This document shows positions 27,255 through 40,184 of a stretch of 64,000 bases of DNA, piece by piece. Location: positions 14,572,001 to 14,636,000 of the forward strand of contig NW_024704742.1 in NCBI RefSeq assembly GCF_018977255.1, read 5' to 3'. A program made the translations under genes and the position numbers. The DNA comes from Callorhinchus milii (Eukaryota). Position 1 is the stretch's first letter, and each line of letters begins with the position of its first letter. Under the pieces are notes generated by a model, which was given only the letters and a program-made list of their open reading frames with translations, was not told where the DNA came from and searched no databases.

Positions 27255-30200
27255 GTGAGCAGAGATAAGAAGAACTGAGAAAGTTAAGGGGAGAACTGAT
27301 AGAGGTCTTTACAATTACATGGCTTTTGTGAGTCAATAGGGAGAAATTACTTCCACTGATCAGTGAGTCAGTAAGCAGAGGCCTTCAACTTAAGATGATT
27401 AACAAGGGATCAAAGTGGGGAGGTTAGCTCAAACAAATTGACACAGAGAGTTATTAGACTGTGGAATGCCCTTCCAGGTGTGGTGATCAAGCCAAGCCAG
27501 AATTCAAACTAGTTTTCAAAAGGGAATAAGATAGATATGTAGTAAGGAATAATTTACAAGGGTATGGGGAAAAGTCAGGTAAATTACACATAGATGCAAT
27601 GGGCTGAATTGCTTTCTGTGCTGTAAATGTTCATGGTTCATTACCCATGGTTCCATGTAAATACTCATTTGCGGGAATGCAAATGACATGTTTCCATTAC
27701 TTTCTCCCCACAATGACTTGTGCTGGGATATTGTTCTATTCGTGCCCAGAGCCCTCTGCTATCTGAATCAAATTGTCATTCTTCGTGAATTTGTGGTTGA
27801 AAATGGCAATGCTCCCAAATCAGTAGGACTTTAGACTATTATTTCCAAACTAATTGCAAAATGTCTGTTTTTAGGCTCTAAAATAGCACTGTGCTTCATT
27901 TAAATAACATCATGTTCCAATTAAGTGATTGAGAAATGCTTAACAGATTGTAACTCTTAGAGCAAAATATCCAGGCAGTATTATTATTTCCTTGCTCTTT
28001 TTAGTGTATTGTCATGAATAGATGTATAAAAATCAACATTCAAAGAGTTTCATGGCAAATAGCCCAAGGGTATTCCTGCAAGCATCTGTGAAAGCTCCAA
28101 CATGGGTTTGGTAAAGTCAAGGTGCAAATTAAATGAAACGTTTAAGGAGCATAGACTGCAATTTTCCAAGAGATATTCATACAGAAATTCTTCCCAAACA
28201 ACTGGGAGCAGCTGCATTTCCCACAGTCATAAAAACATTGCTGTACAAAACTACTAAATCATTTGAGTTTAGATTTGTGTAGGTCAGGCTTAGACTGTAC
28301 ATTGCCTGGTCAGGCCATACCTGGAGCATAACATAGAGTTCTGGTTGCAGTGACATTAGAGGATTATTAGCCTAGAACAAGGCTGATCTCAGTATGAGAG
28401 AGATCAGCTGTGAGCAACAATGAGATAACTTGGAGCTCTTCAGCCTTGAAAAGAGAAATTTCAGAGAGGACCTTATACAAGAATATAAGATGCTAAATAG
28501 AATAGAGGAAATAAACCCAGAACTATACTTTCAGATACCTCAGACCAATAGAATTAAAGGGTGCAGGTTAAAGGTTGTGAAGGCCAATTTTAGGAAAAAT
28601 ATTAGGAAGTATTTATTTGTATAGAGGATAATCAACAGCTGTTTTATTCCAAACATCTCATAATCTTGGGATGAAATATGCTTGTATACATTCACCCTCA
28701 AAATATAAAATCAATTCACTTTACATTATATTCTGTGAAGCCCTTTGAGATGTTTCAATGACATGATAAGGTGCTACATCAAAGGTAAGGATAATAATTA
28801 TATAAAGGGATTTGGAGCATTTTACAGTATTTAAAAAGATATGGTAAGAAAATCTATCATAAGAAAAATAATGGCATTTGCAACTAAACAGACCTAAATA
28901 ACTAACTACAAAGTTATTTTTAATTCAAAGTTTTAATTTAATATTGTAAAAACGAGGCAGTCAACTAGTTCCTTAATCAGACTGGAGAGGTTCAAATATA
29001 TACAGAAACATTCAGTCACAGAAAATTGGTATGATAAAGTACACAGTGTAAAGTATTGTCATGTCACTTGAACGCAGTCACTCGGTTAGAAACAATACAA
29101 ATGTGGAATCAGAGGATAGCATTTAAGCACTCTGGGACACTACGCTGCGCGAGAGGTGCTATATAAATGCAAGTTGTTGTTGTAGCATTTGGCCCATGAG
29201 GCTGCAGATATTTGCTTGCTTTTCCCATAACTCTTAATGCCAAGTATCTACCAATACATTCTCTATGAAATGTTTTTTTGTCATTATGTTTGACCCTGGG
29301 TCTATTTAAGTTGGGTGGGGGGCAAGTCCTAAAACCTACAAGAATGAGATAAGTGGGATCTCCTTGTGGTTAAAATGTTTGTGAATAGAAACACCTGGCA
29401 AAGCCCAGGAGAATCTCAGTAATCTATGGCATGTCCTAGCACTGCAGTGTCAAAGGTGCTATCTTTTGGAGCAGATCAATCAAGTTCCTGGCTCCCTCTC
29501 CAGATGGATGCGAAATGGTCCTGTGACACAATCTGGGCCTTCACTGAAACTCAAGTGTATACGATATGTGCTCAACCCATTAAGTGAATAAACTGGTCCA
29601 AGCTGGACAAGTATGGTGAACCTTGCCACAGATTCCATATAGGTTAGCTACATGGTCACCATTGTTTGTTATGGTTGTTGTCAAACATCAGAATACACAG
29701 CATTCCACCTGTGGGAGGGAGTCAATGACAAAGTCCATGTTAAACTTCCTGTTTAGCTTATCTCAAAGCAATAATGGCAGCAATTATGTAATAAACCCTT
29801 AGTTTGTTTACATACAACCAAGACACAGAGGCAATCAGCACTCACTCTATGAAATAAAAAAAAGTTTGGTGAATTTTTAACTTATTTTTCACCCACGTCT
29901 TTTACCATTATTACTTACCTTCTGCTCAGATGCCTGTGTCATGCACTATTGTCACTTGAAAGTGGAACTACTCAAGGAGTAGGCTCCTATATGCTGTTCT
30001 TCAGTTAGTTCCTGCTTGTGGAGCTCCATCTATTGATTGTCTCTCATTATACATGGCATCTGCTTTTTGCTTGACATCGTCCATGAAACAGTACAGCTGG
30101 GGAAATGTACTGACCAGTGGAGCATTACCCACCTGTGTATGAAAATGTATGTGTGAATACATTGAAGTAACCATGACAAGCACATGCCAATCTCACCTTT

Positions 30201-31755
30201 TTGTAAATTAAGCAACTACCCTCACTTAAAGAGGTATTTATCATTTCACATGGCTCTTTATGGAATCCACTCTATATACAATTCTTTCAAGGTCAGCTTG
30301 GTTCAATTACTAACACTGTCAACTCTGCAACACAACGTTGCTGATTCAAGCCTTATTTGGGGACTTTGCTCACAGACATTCCAGTGCAGTATTGTCAGGT
30401 GGTCCTGTCTATCAACAGATTGTTAAACTAATATCCCATCTGCCTGTACAGGTGGGCGTTAAAGATTTGATGACACAATTTACAAAAAAAGCAGTGAATA
30501 TCTGGGAGTGTCCTGGTCAAGAGAGATATTATTCATTCATCGCATTCCTGTTTGTGTTTTTTTGCTGTAAGTAAAATGGCTGAGTTTGCCTACAACTGCA
30601 TTTGGCATCTATAACTTGTGAAAAGATTTGTGATGTGATAAGGTGGTACAGTATATATATAAAAATGCAATATTATTACTTATCCTTTGGTGTAACTAGT
30701 AATCATAGACTTTATGGTAACAGCAGCACCATCTGTTGACCAGAGCTCATTACTACTGGATTCAGTTTATGTCAACTGTAAGAGGGGGTCATACAGAATC
30801 CAAGCACTAAACTTGCTGTATTTAATTTGCTCTAAAGTATTTACATCCAAGTGTAATGCATGTGATAGATTAGTGGTAGTGTTCCTAAGAACTGACCCTA
30901 TAAGGCAGCGATCCTAAAGTGTTCTATAAACCAGCTGTGTTTTCCATTTAACATGTGGTGAATGAATCTTTATGACTGAGCTGGTGTTTCCCTTGAGCCA
31001 TTATAGGACCTTTAGATCATTAAGGTCTCTATTAAATAGGTACTGTATATAGTGTAAAAACTAATTAGGATTCTGAACAGGGAATTACTTTACTGTGACT
31101 TTGTTGGCAGGGGCACTTTTGTCAAAAAGAATACAGATACTAATGATCCTCTGTCCTCGAATATATGTTGAGAAATTTCCACTCCATTCAGTGGAAATTG
31201 TGGGTGGCTTTCCTTGGGAAAGGTTTTAAGGTCATGTAACCATTCCTTATTTAGAACAAATGATGACAGGACTTATACTGCATAACGATTAAACCATATA
31301 CTCTAGAATTTTTTTTGGACAAAGCTGGGATCATTTACAATCGATTCAACCAGAGAGTTTGTTGGTGAGAACATGCAGAGTTATGTATAACTCAGCCGTT
31401 GAGGGTAAGGATGGAGAATGCAGTGTGGGCTGTTTGGGGTTATCACTGCAAGTATCCACAAAAGGTCATTTGTTTTTCAATACATTTTACTATTCTTGAG
31501 TGTTCTGTTTAGTAAAAAGCCTTAATCACTCTAACTGGCAATCGAATGCCATGATTTGTGAGTCGGAAATCAGATGTGCTTTGCAGAAGTCGCCAATACC
31601 ATGAGAATTGTAATGACGAGAAGGTTTGGTCAGGAGTCCACCTCTGACACATGTGCATGATTCCTAACCGTTACATTATGAATTTCTCAATTTAAACCAC
31701 AAATCACAAGATTGGTTTGGATGAAAAAACCCTTTTGTCCATTTGAGCTCACGGT

Positions 31756-32096
31756 GTGGAGTCCTGTAGTGTATTAGTTAGAGCACTCACCTCGCAAGCG
31801 AGAGGAGCCAGGCCCTTAGGATAGTTACCTTACTCCACACCCCTCTGTTTACCTGCACTATGTAGGACTCGGGTTGTCAGTCAATTGGTGGATCACTTTC
31901 TGGGGGTAATAATCCTGTAAAAAAATAATTTGGTCACTCAGTTGTTTCTGGGACACAGCTGTGCGCATTGTGCTGCCACGTTTCGCCCACAAAATATGCA
32001 GTTTATTCACTTTACAATAGAGTCTGTGAAGCGCTTTGAGACTTCTCAACGACGTGATAAGGCACTACATCAAATGCAAGAATTATCATTATTATT
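31756..32096 (+). mobile_element. tRNA-derived SINE, near full length
   Basis: gtggagtcctgtagt...ttagagcactcacctcgcaagcgag head, internal ctgtttacct module, tail caaatgcaagaattatcattatt. Confidence 0.85.
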
Positions 32097-33016
32097 TTCC
32101 TTCCAGAATAACCCCCTGCAGTCCTCCCATCACAAACTACCATCTCAGTCCACATAATAAAGGCATTTACTGAGAATGATATTAGAAGCATTTCTTTGGA
32201 AATTTGATAAATGTCCACCTCTGGCACATCCGATTTGATAAATCTCTAATGAACTACTGAACTTAATCCAATAGGAAAATGTAAGTCTCAGAAGCAATAG
32301 TCACTACATTTACTGATCAGTAGGGAATGTAAACATCTGCCAAGTTTAAGTTTACCAACAGTCAGAGAATCACCCCATAGACTGCTAAAATTAGATTTAG
32401 AATTCATATCATAAATAAGGAACTATTTCACGGTAAAGAATTAAAGGAACATCAGTAATAATTTTAATATAATAATTGTAATAATAATAATAATCCTTCA
32501 TTTAATATAACGCCTTATCACATCTTCGAGATGGCTCAAAGCGCTTCACAGAATTGATCGTATATTTTTGTGGGCAAAACGCGGCAGCCAATTGCGCACA
32601 GCAGTGTAAAAATATACTATACAATTTATAGTATAGTGCTTTTCATGTTGGGAGAATGTCTCAAAGTACTTGTTAATGCCGGCTGGGCACCAAAGCCAAG
32701 GGGGATGGGGGGGTGGGGGGAAGACAACATGGTAAAGAGATATGAATCATTTATGCTGTGTAAAGGTTTAACCTGTAGAGGTCACTATTGTTCATTAAAT
32801 TGATATGAGAGATTACTGGAGAGGCTGCTGCAGATTGCTGTTGAGCACGAACATTCATCCTTCATCATGCCCTTATTCAGTCAGATTATTATTGCTCATC
32901 CAAAAACTGTGGTTTGCAAAGAAATATTCAGGGAATTGGCCATGGCTGCTCTGCACAGTTCCATGTTCCTAAATTAATGTGGGGAAGAAGTGAGAGAAAA
33001 AATTGGCATCTGAATT

Positions 33017-33240
33017 AATAATAATAATAATCTTTGCATTTGATATAGCGCTTTTCATGTCTTCTAGAGGCTTCACAGAATATACCCGGAAAAACGATCC
33101 GCCAATCAACTAACAACCGGGTTCCTATTCACTCCTAGGTAAACAGGCGAGCGGAGTAAAGAAACTTGCCCAACATGCTGCCCTCCCGGGAATAGAACCC
33201 AGGTCTCTTGCTTGCGAGGCGAGTGCTCTGACCACTGAGC
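33017..33240 (-). mobile_element. tRNA-derived SINE with an internal deletion
   Basis: Tail, internal module and head (up to accactgagc) are present on the minus strand. Confidence 0.82.
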
Positions 33241-34134
33241 TTGAACCTTAATTGAATTAAGGTTCAATTTTTGTCAGATCTCCCCATTCACACTACAACT
33301 TTGCTGTTGATGGCACGATTACCAAAAGCAGGAGACTCCCAATGTAAATACAGTGATGCTTGTGCCATGGGAGACTGTACCCTCAGCGTCCTGACCTGAC
33401 CTGGTAACTTGTTCCAGTTGTTAAATACCCTGTGTGTAAAACAAAATTACTTCTCGGTGTATGTGTCCTCTTTTTCTACTGTCTTGGCATATCTGAGAGT
33501 ATTGTTCTGGGTTTACTTTATCAATCCCATTTACAATCTTATATACTTTAAAAGCTAACACACTGCCAAAAACTTTTTGCCATGTTGGCAAAAGCCGATT
33601 TTTAAAGACCGTCACATTCCTGAACTTGCACACAAGTTGTTTTAAGATTAAATCAAGCGCTGTAACACTGCCCCGTAATAAACAGAGAGCTGGAAACAGG
33701 GATAAGTGAACCATATCAGGAAGTGCTTCTCTGATACAGTATGGACAAAACACAAAGTAAATACGAATTTTGAGGAACTTAGTTAATTATATCATACTGT
33801 AGAATTTGACCTCTGAAGACAATTGAAAGGATTTTTAGCCCAAGTTGATTTAATACAGGTACTGTGATTTAGAAAATTGTTTATAATCAGAGATTCAAAG
33901 GAATTAAATAAAGTGTCACTTTACTTCACACGTTTCTTAAAACCTTAGAAAATAATTTTCAATTTTGTGTGCCAGATGCAGAACTCTGGTCAAACAACCT
34001 CCAAGTGTACCTTATCTGTGTGTCCCTGCAAACATCCTGTTCTTTCATGCTGGATATAATGTAGTTTTAGTAATCAGCAACAAAACAGAAACAGGACCTG
34101 CGGGTACTCATATTATATGCAGGTTGTTGCCACT

Positions 34135-34690
34135 ATAATAATATTCTTTGCATTTGATATGGCGCCTTTCAATTTGGGTGGACTTCTCAATGTGCTTCAC
34201 AGGATTTATTTGAAAGTGTAGTGACTGTGTATATTTTAGGCCAACACAGAATTTGCATACAGCAATTGCCACAAACAGACATATAGTGAATGACCAATTA
34301 TACTTATGGGGATTTGAAACAAAAACAGAAATCGCTGGGAATACTCAGCAGGTCAGGCAGCATCTATGGAGAAAGGAAAGTGGGTCAATGTTATCTTGAA
34401 AGAAGTTTTGCTCTTCCTGATATCTATACCTATGGGGATTGTTGGCCAGAACACTGGGAGAAACTTCCTTCTCTTTTCGCATAATGCCATGATGTCTTTA
34501 ATATCCCAAAACAGATTTAACATGTCATTTGAAAGACAGCACCTCAACAATGAAACATACCACCAACACTTCATTTAGACAGCCTAGATTTACGCTCCCA
34601 AGTGTTGATGGAGTGTTGGTAGCTCTTTCACCTCTGAATTAGGAGCTTGATTCAGAGCTGAGAGTTCTACCAATTGAGCCAAGCTGACAC
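34135..34690 (-). mobile_element. Older Deu-type SINE, degraded
   Basis: gggagaaacttccttctctttt...atgccatgatgtctttaatatcc...tttaacatgtcatttgaaagacagcacctc resembles the reverse of the recalled Deu domain; related copies at ~13830-14020, 51030-51380 and 51920-52235. Confidence 0.6.
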
Positions 34691-35416
34691 TCATCTCAGC
34701 CACAGTTTCATGTCTTTTGCCACTAATAGGGAAGCCACGACAATCCAAAGTTCTGTATGCAGAACTTGCTATGGCACTAATTGGTCTTTGACAAGCAAAG
34801 GAATCATTGCTGGTTGTGTTCAATTACATTAATAATACCCAATGCCTTCTGTGAGAGCACCTGTGGAAACTAGAGATGGAAATTTCTACAGTGACACTAT
34901 GGGTGGATTTGTAATATACATGGTGAGGGAAAATATTAATAATACATCTACAGGTAATTGTGCAATTTATCATTATGAACTACTGATATGTTTCATGGTA
35001 TGTATCCAGCTAGGATAGCTCAATCTGCTTAGTCCATGGGTTCACAAAGTTAAAGACATGTCCATACTTCCAAGTCTCATTGATGAACTGCACAGACTGA
35101 TTTTCCATTGGTTTTGGATTCCTGCAGATGTTCCTTGCCTTTTGTAAAGCACTGGTCCAGAGAGACCTTAGTTCAACCCAATTACCCAGAAGCTTCTAGC
35201 TCCAAGTCCATTGTCAACTGAAAGGTTTTAACTAGCCGGATCGTTTCAATGCATGATTCAAACTCCTATATCTAACAATCCATTTGAACATGCAGGTCTT
35301 TATTTACCCTTTGATATTTTGTGCATAAAAGGACTCGCTGCTGATAACCTTACAACGTCATCAAAAATGGGCTGTTTTTAATAGTAAATATTGTTTGTGT
35401 GTCTTATCATTTCCAG

Positions 35417-35568
35417 GTTCGGAAGAAGAGCAAAGCCTGCAGAGCTGGACTGTGTGAGGGAGATGAACTGGTTGCCATCAATGGTAAACCTACTTCAGAT
35501 TTATCCCATTCAGAGGCCATGCAACTGGTAGATGGGACAAGTGACACCCTGCAAATCCTCATTAAAAG
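35417..35568 (+). CDS. SYNPO2: SYNPO2 coding exon 2 (VRKKSKACRAGLCEGDELVAING...LQILIKR), second half of the PDZ domain
   Basis: Acceptor tttccag|GTT at 35416/35417; GDELVAING PDZ motif; donor AAAG|GTGGAG at 35569; 152 nt, ends in phase 2. Confidence 0.95.
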
Positions 35569-38500
35569 GTGGAGCACTGATATCCCACTATATTTTTCAA
35601 TGAATAAAAAATGTATTGTTTATAATATATCCTATTAGAGATGGTAGAAAGCACAAAAAGAAACAGGTAGGGATAAATTCCACATGGTTTAAATTTACTC
35701 TATTAACATAGCATTTCAGAGTGTGCTGTGTTTTGCAAATTGTTGATTTAAGTCTCAGCTTTGAAACCAGTTTTCCATAGTTCTTAAAAGAACTGACAGA
35801 AAATTGATTCTAAATTAAAGCGGTATTTTAGAATTTACCAAATTCTAACTGCACTAAAATGGTACAAAAATAGAGGCAATCTGGACCCTGTTGGAACCTC
35901 TATCCTAGGAAGCCTGCATTCCTTAATTTATTTTGATTATTTTGGTTTTCTGTACGTCCAATTTTCTAAATTAAAGAATTAAGATAATGAAGGAAAATTG
36001 AACAACTTTTGTTCGAGTTCACTTCATGACTGTTTTGTACACATCTATATAATACCCTTTGTCAATGTGATAAACTCTTTCTGATGTTGTTCTACAAACT
36101 TCACAGTAACTCTGAAACGCTGTTACTATTTCTTCAAACCCCTTCAAGAAGTGGGCAGTGATGTTTGCATTTTTTGTCATTAAATATTAATTTTCTCTCT
36201 GGCAACACTGACCATAATAGGAAAGATGCTGTGCACTGGCCAGTTCATTTTCCAGCCAACCAGAAGATTAGTGGTTGTTGTTCAATGTTCACTTATAAAT
36301 TATCCATTTGTATGGATTGGATGAAGCTTTGGTTCACATGGAGCCCACTAGATGGAGCACTATTTAGAAACAAGGAATTCCATTAATGGCTGGAAGGAAG
36401 AAATGGCATCAGCCAGCTCTTATGATTTGGTTTACTATTCCTGGCTGCCTTTTATAGCAATAGAATACCATGTGAGCTGGGTTATTCCATGCTCTGTACA
36501 TGACACTGAGCAGTTTGTGAAAGGAGATACATGGCAGAAGAGTAAGAGAACCAGAGAGAGAGAACGGATTTTCAAAGAAAATGTGACATATTTTGGAGTG
36601 AAGGGCTTGAATGTTGGTGCTCATCAAACTTGCATGGATTAGATACTGAGTAAAAGCTCTGTCTGCTATGTCACTATTTCATTTCCCACATCAGTCATTG
36701 ATGCCTTCTGTCTTGAGAGAATGCAACTCAGAAAGAACATTATAGCAGTGCATAAAAGTTCAAATGGAATTGAAAAAGTAAACCCAGAATAATACTTTCA
36801 GATGTACTAAGATAGAAGAACATGACGAATGGGTTTAGAGATGTAAAGAGCAATTTCAGAAGATACCAGGAAGCATTTTTTCCTCAGAGGATAATTAACA
36901 ACTGGAACATTGTACCAGAAGGGTGGTTGAAGCCAGGACATTGGACTCTTTTAAAATGTAGCTTGATACTGTGATGGGTGGACAGTTGAGTGGGTAATCT
37001 GGAGTGAAGAGATCAGATTGGCCAAAGGACCTTCTTCATCCAAACCAATCTTGTGATCCTGTGTCCAAGTTAGATCCACAATTGATTTGGAACTACCCAC
37101 AATAGTTCCAAATCAATTGAATTTTGGGAAGGCTCTGGCTGTGAACAGGAGCTCATTAGGAGGACGGCTGAGGCTGTCCAAACTTGTCCTTCAAAAATTG
37201 AGGCCTAGCCACAAGTTAATAATAAAATATCAGAAGCTGTAAAATAGTGCTTTGTGGAGGTGTGAGAGACAGACCCACCATCTCTAACAAAAGTCTGTTA
37301 TCGAATAAGAATGCAGTAGTTCTCAACAGGGGTTAAAAGTGTTCCGAGGCATCACAAAGCTTGAAGGGTACAATATAAATCCACGTTTTTGTTAAAAGTG
37401 TTTCATGAGAAATGAGTAGGCTAAGACAGACGTTGCTACAATTGTTTGATGGGCTAAGATAAAGATATTTTCCAGCAACAGTTTTGTTGCTTCATTAACT
37501 AATGGGAGAGCAGGAACCCATGCCATTTTTGAAATATTAAATTACACATTGCATCTGAATAAACAAGCAGAACTTGAGCAATGTTATATACACGATTGAA
37601 CGAGCAGCTAATAATAGGAGTTAATGTTGCAAATTACATATATTTTAGGAGGTCTTTAAGTTCCTCTTGTTCAATGCAATGTTTAATTAATTGAGGCATT
37701 GCAACTCCATATTTATTACAAATCTTATTTTCAGTACATATATTTAATTCAGAAAAATCTTGATTATTATTTCTATTCACTGGTAGGAATTCCTTTTGCA
37801 TAACATCCATCCTACACATTTCAAATCACTCACTGGAGCTCAGAATCACAGCTGCGTCCTTGACATATGTAGACCTCCAAGAATTCGGAAATCCATCCTT
37901 GAGGAGTTGTATGTCTTTACAGCTTTTCTTATCTCTACAAAATACCAATCACAGACGTTCAACCTCTCCTGTCTACATTCTGCTTGCTTAGCCTTTGACT
38001 GTTTTAACAGAATCATCCCTTTCCCTTCACATCAGGAAATATTGTGTGCTTTATACTTCACTTGATTTGTGTGTCCAAAGCAGTAAGTGTGCAAAGAGTG
38101 AACTGGGAAATCACATTGGCCCCCAAAATTCTTTGTAGCAGATTTCCATACTACTTTGCCAATGTATTTAAGAGAAAACTTGCTGCATACATGATGGAGA
38201 AGGGGTATAGTTGAGGGGAATAGAAGTGGTAGGGGCGTGTTTGAAGTATTAACACGGGCATGGACTGGTTGGACCAGATAACCTGAGCACTTGCCATATC
38301 ACTCTATATCACTCAATGTAATTCAGTATCAATCAAACCTAGCACAAATCTACTATACTGTTATCTTTCTATTACCACCTAACCTCATTTTGCACATTAT
38401 TATAACACTATCTCCTTTAAAGCATAATTAAAGGAGAAAATCAAACTATTTATTCTATCGGCTAGGACTCAATCCGAACTTTGAGATGAAAAGACAAGGT

Positions 38501-38604
38501 TTAGCCCATATCATCATTCTGTCATCAAGTTTAAACATTATTGGAAGCACAAAGCTTACAATTATATAGCACTTTGGGGTAAAATAATCATTTCAAAACA
38601 TCAA

Positions 38605-38960
38605 TAACTCACATTTATATAGTGCTCTTCATGCTGGGCAGTGTTTCAGAGCGCTTAACAGTGGCGGAGCTTGATGCTGAGAAGGGGAGAGAGGGGAGGT
38701 GGCCATAGGCATGGTCAAAGAGCACGGTCAAAGAGCACGGTCTTCAGGTGTGTTCTGAAGATGAGGAAGAAGGAAGCAAGACAGAGGTTGAGTCAGAGTT
38801 CCATATTTCGGGTGAAGTGCCCGAAGGCACAGCCTCCAATGGTGGACCAGAGGGGATGAGAGACATACGGGAAGCCAGAGACAGCTAAGCAAAGGCAATG
38901 GGCATTGGAGTGGGGTGTAAGCTGGTCGGTAGGTAGGGAGGTGCCACAGCATGATGTGAT
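38605..38960 (-). mobile_element. L2-clade LINE 3' fragment
   Basis: Reverse matches 19000-19280 (cacggtcaaagagcacggtcttcaggtgtg; gcgcttaacagtggcggagc). Confidence 0.75.
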
Positions 38961-39260
38961 TTCTACAACACTTTACAAAATTAGAATAGTTAAAAATATT
39001 GTGAATGTTGTTATTGTAAGGGCAAAAGGGAAGATGTCGTTCATAGAATCATAGAATTATACAGCATAGAAGGAGGCCATTCGGACCATCGTGTCCGTAC
39101 CGGCACTTTGAAAAGAGCTGTCCAATTCAATCCCACTCCCCTGTTCTCTCCCCATAGCCTTGCAAACTTGTCCTCCCAAAATAATTATCTAGTTCTCTCT
39201 TAAAAGTTGTTATTGAATCGGCTTCCATCACCCTTTCAGGCAATGCATTCCAGATCCGAA

Positions 39261-39597
39261 CATCAACAACCATATTACATTTGTATAGCGCCTTTCACGT
39301 CAAGAGGATGTCCCAAGGCGCTGGGCAGTGTACAGCATTTCAGACCTGAGCTGGGGTCAGGGGGGGAGGAGGGATGGGAGGGGAAGGGGGTGACCGATGG
39401 CATGGTCGAAGAGGAGGGTTTTGAGGCAGGACTTGAAAGTGGCTAAGGAGGGGGAGAGGCGGAGTGATTGGGTGATGGAATTCCAGAGGTTGGGGGCAGA
39501 GTGGCTGAAGGCTCTCCCCCCAATGGTGGGGCGAGTGGGTCGGGGGACATGGAGCAGGCCGGAGCCAGCTTAGCGGACGGAGCGGGCGGGTTGGTAC
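39261..39597 (-). mobile_element. L2 3' fragment nested in CR1
   Basis: caacaac tail and tatagcgcctttcacgtcaagaggatgtcccaaggcgct; CR1 sequence resumes at acaactcgctgtgtaaaaaa. Confidence 0.8.
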
Positions 39598-39953
39598 ACA
39601 ACTCGCTGTGTAAAAAAATTTCTCCTCACCTCCCCTCTGTTTCTTTTAACAAATATTTTAAATCAGAGTCCTCGGGTTCCCGACCCACCCACCAGTGGAA
39701 ATAGTTTCTCCTTGTGCACCCTATCGAATCCCCTCATAAATTTGAAAACTTCTGTTAAGTCTCCTCTTAACCTCTTAACCATCTCTGCTGCAAGGAGAAT
39801 AATTCTAGCTTCTCTAGCCTTTCCTGATAATTGAAGTCCTTCATTCCTGGTACCATCCTAATAAATCTCCTTTGCACCCTCTTCAATGCCTTGACATCCT
39901 TCCTAAAGTGTGATGCCCAGAAGTGAACACAGTACTCCAGCTGAGGCCTAACT

Positions 39954-40184
39954 TTTCTCTTTGACCGTGCCTTCAGCTCCCCTCTCGACTCTCTTCCTCC
40001 TCCTCGCTCCCTCCCTTCCCTCCCCTCACCCTGACCATTTCCCCCCTCCTCTCTCCCTCCCTTCCCTCCCCTCACCCTGACCATTTCCCCCCTGCTCGGT
40101 CATGACCCAACTGTGCAGCGCCTTGGGACGTCCTCCTGACGTGAAAGGCGCTCTATAAATGGAATCTTGTTGTTGTTGTTGTTG
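39954..40184 (+). mobile_element. L2 3' fragment nested in CR1, with a TAACT target-site duplication
   Basis: TAACT at 39949-39953 and 40185-40189; (TTG)n tail. Confidence 0.88.

Noticed and set aside
39767..40084. 105-aa ORF with a Gly/Arg/Glu-rich N-terminus fused to an RT-like segment
   Set aside because: An artefact of an L2 3' UTR inserted into a CR1 fragment, not a gene.
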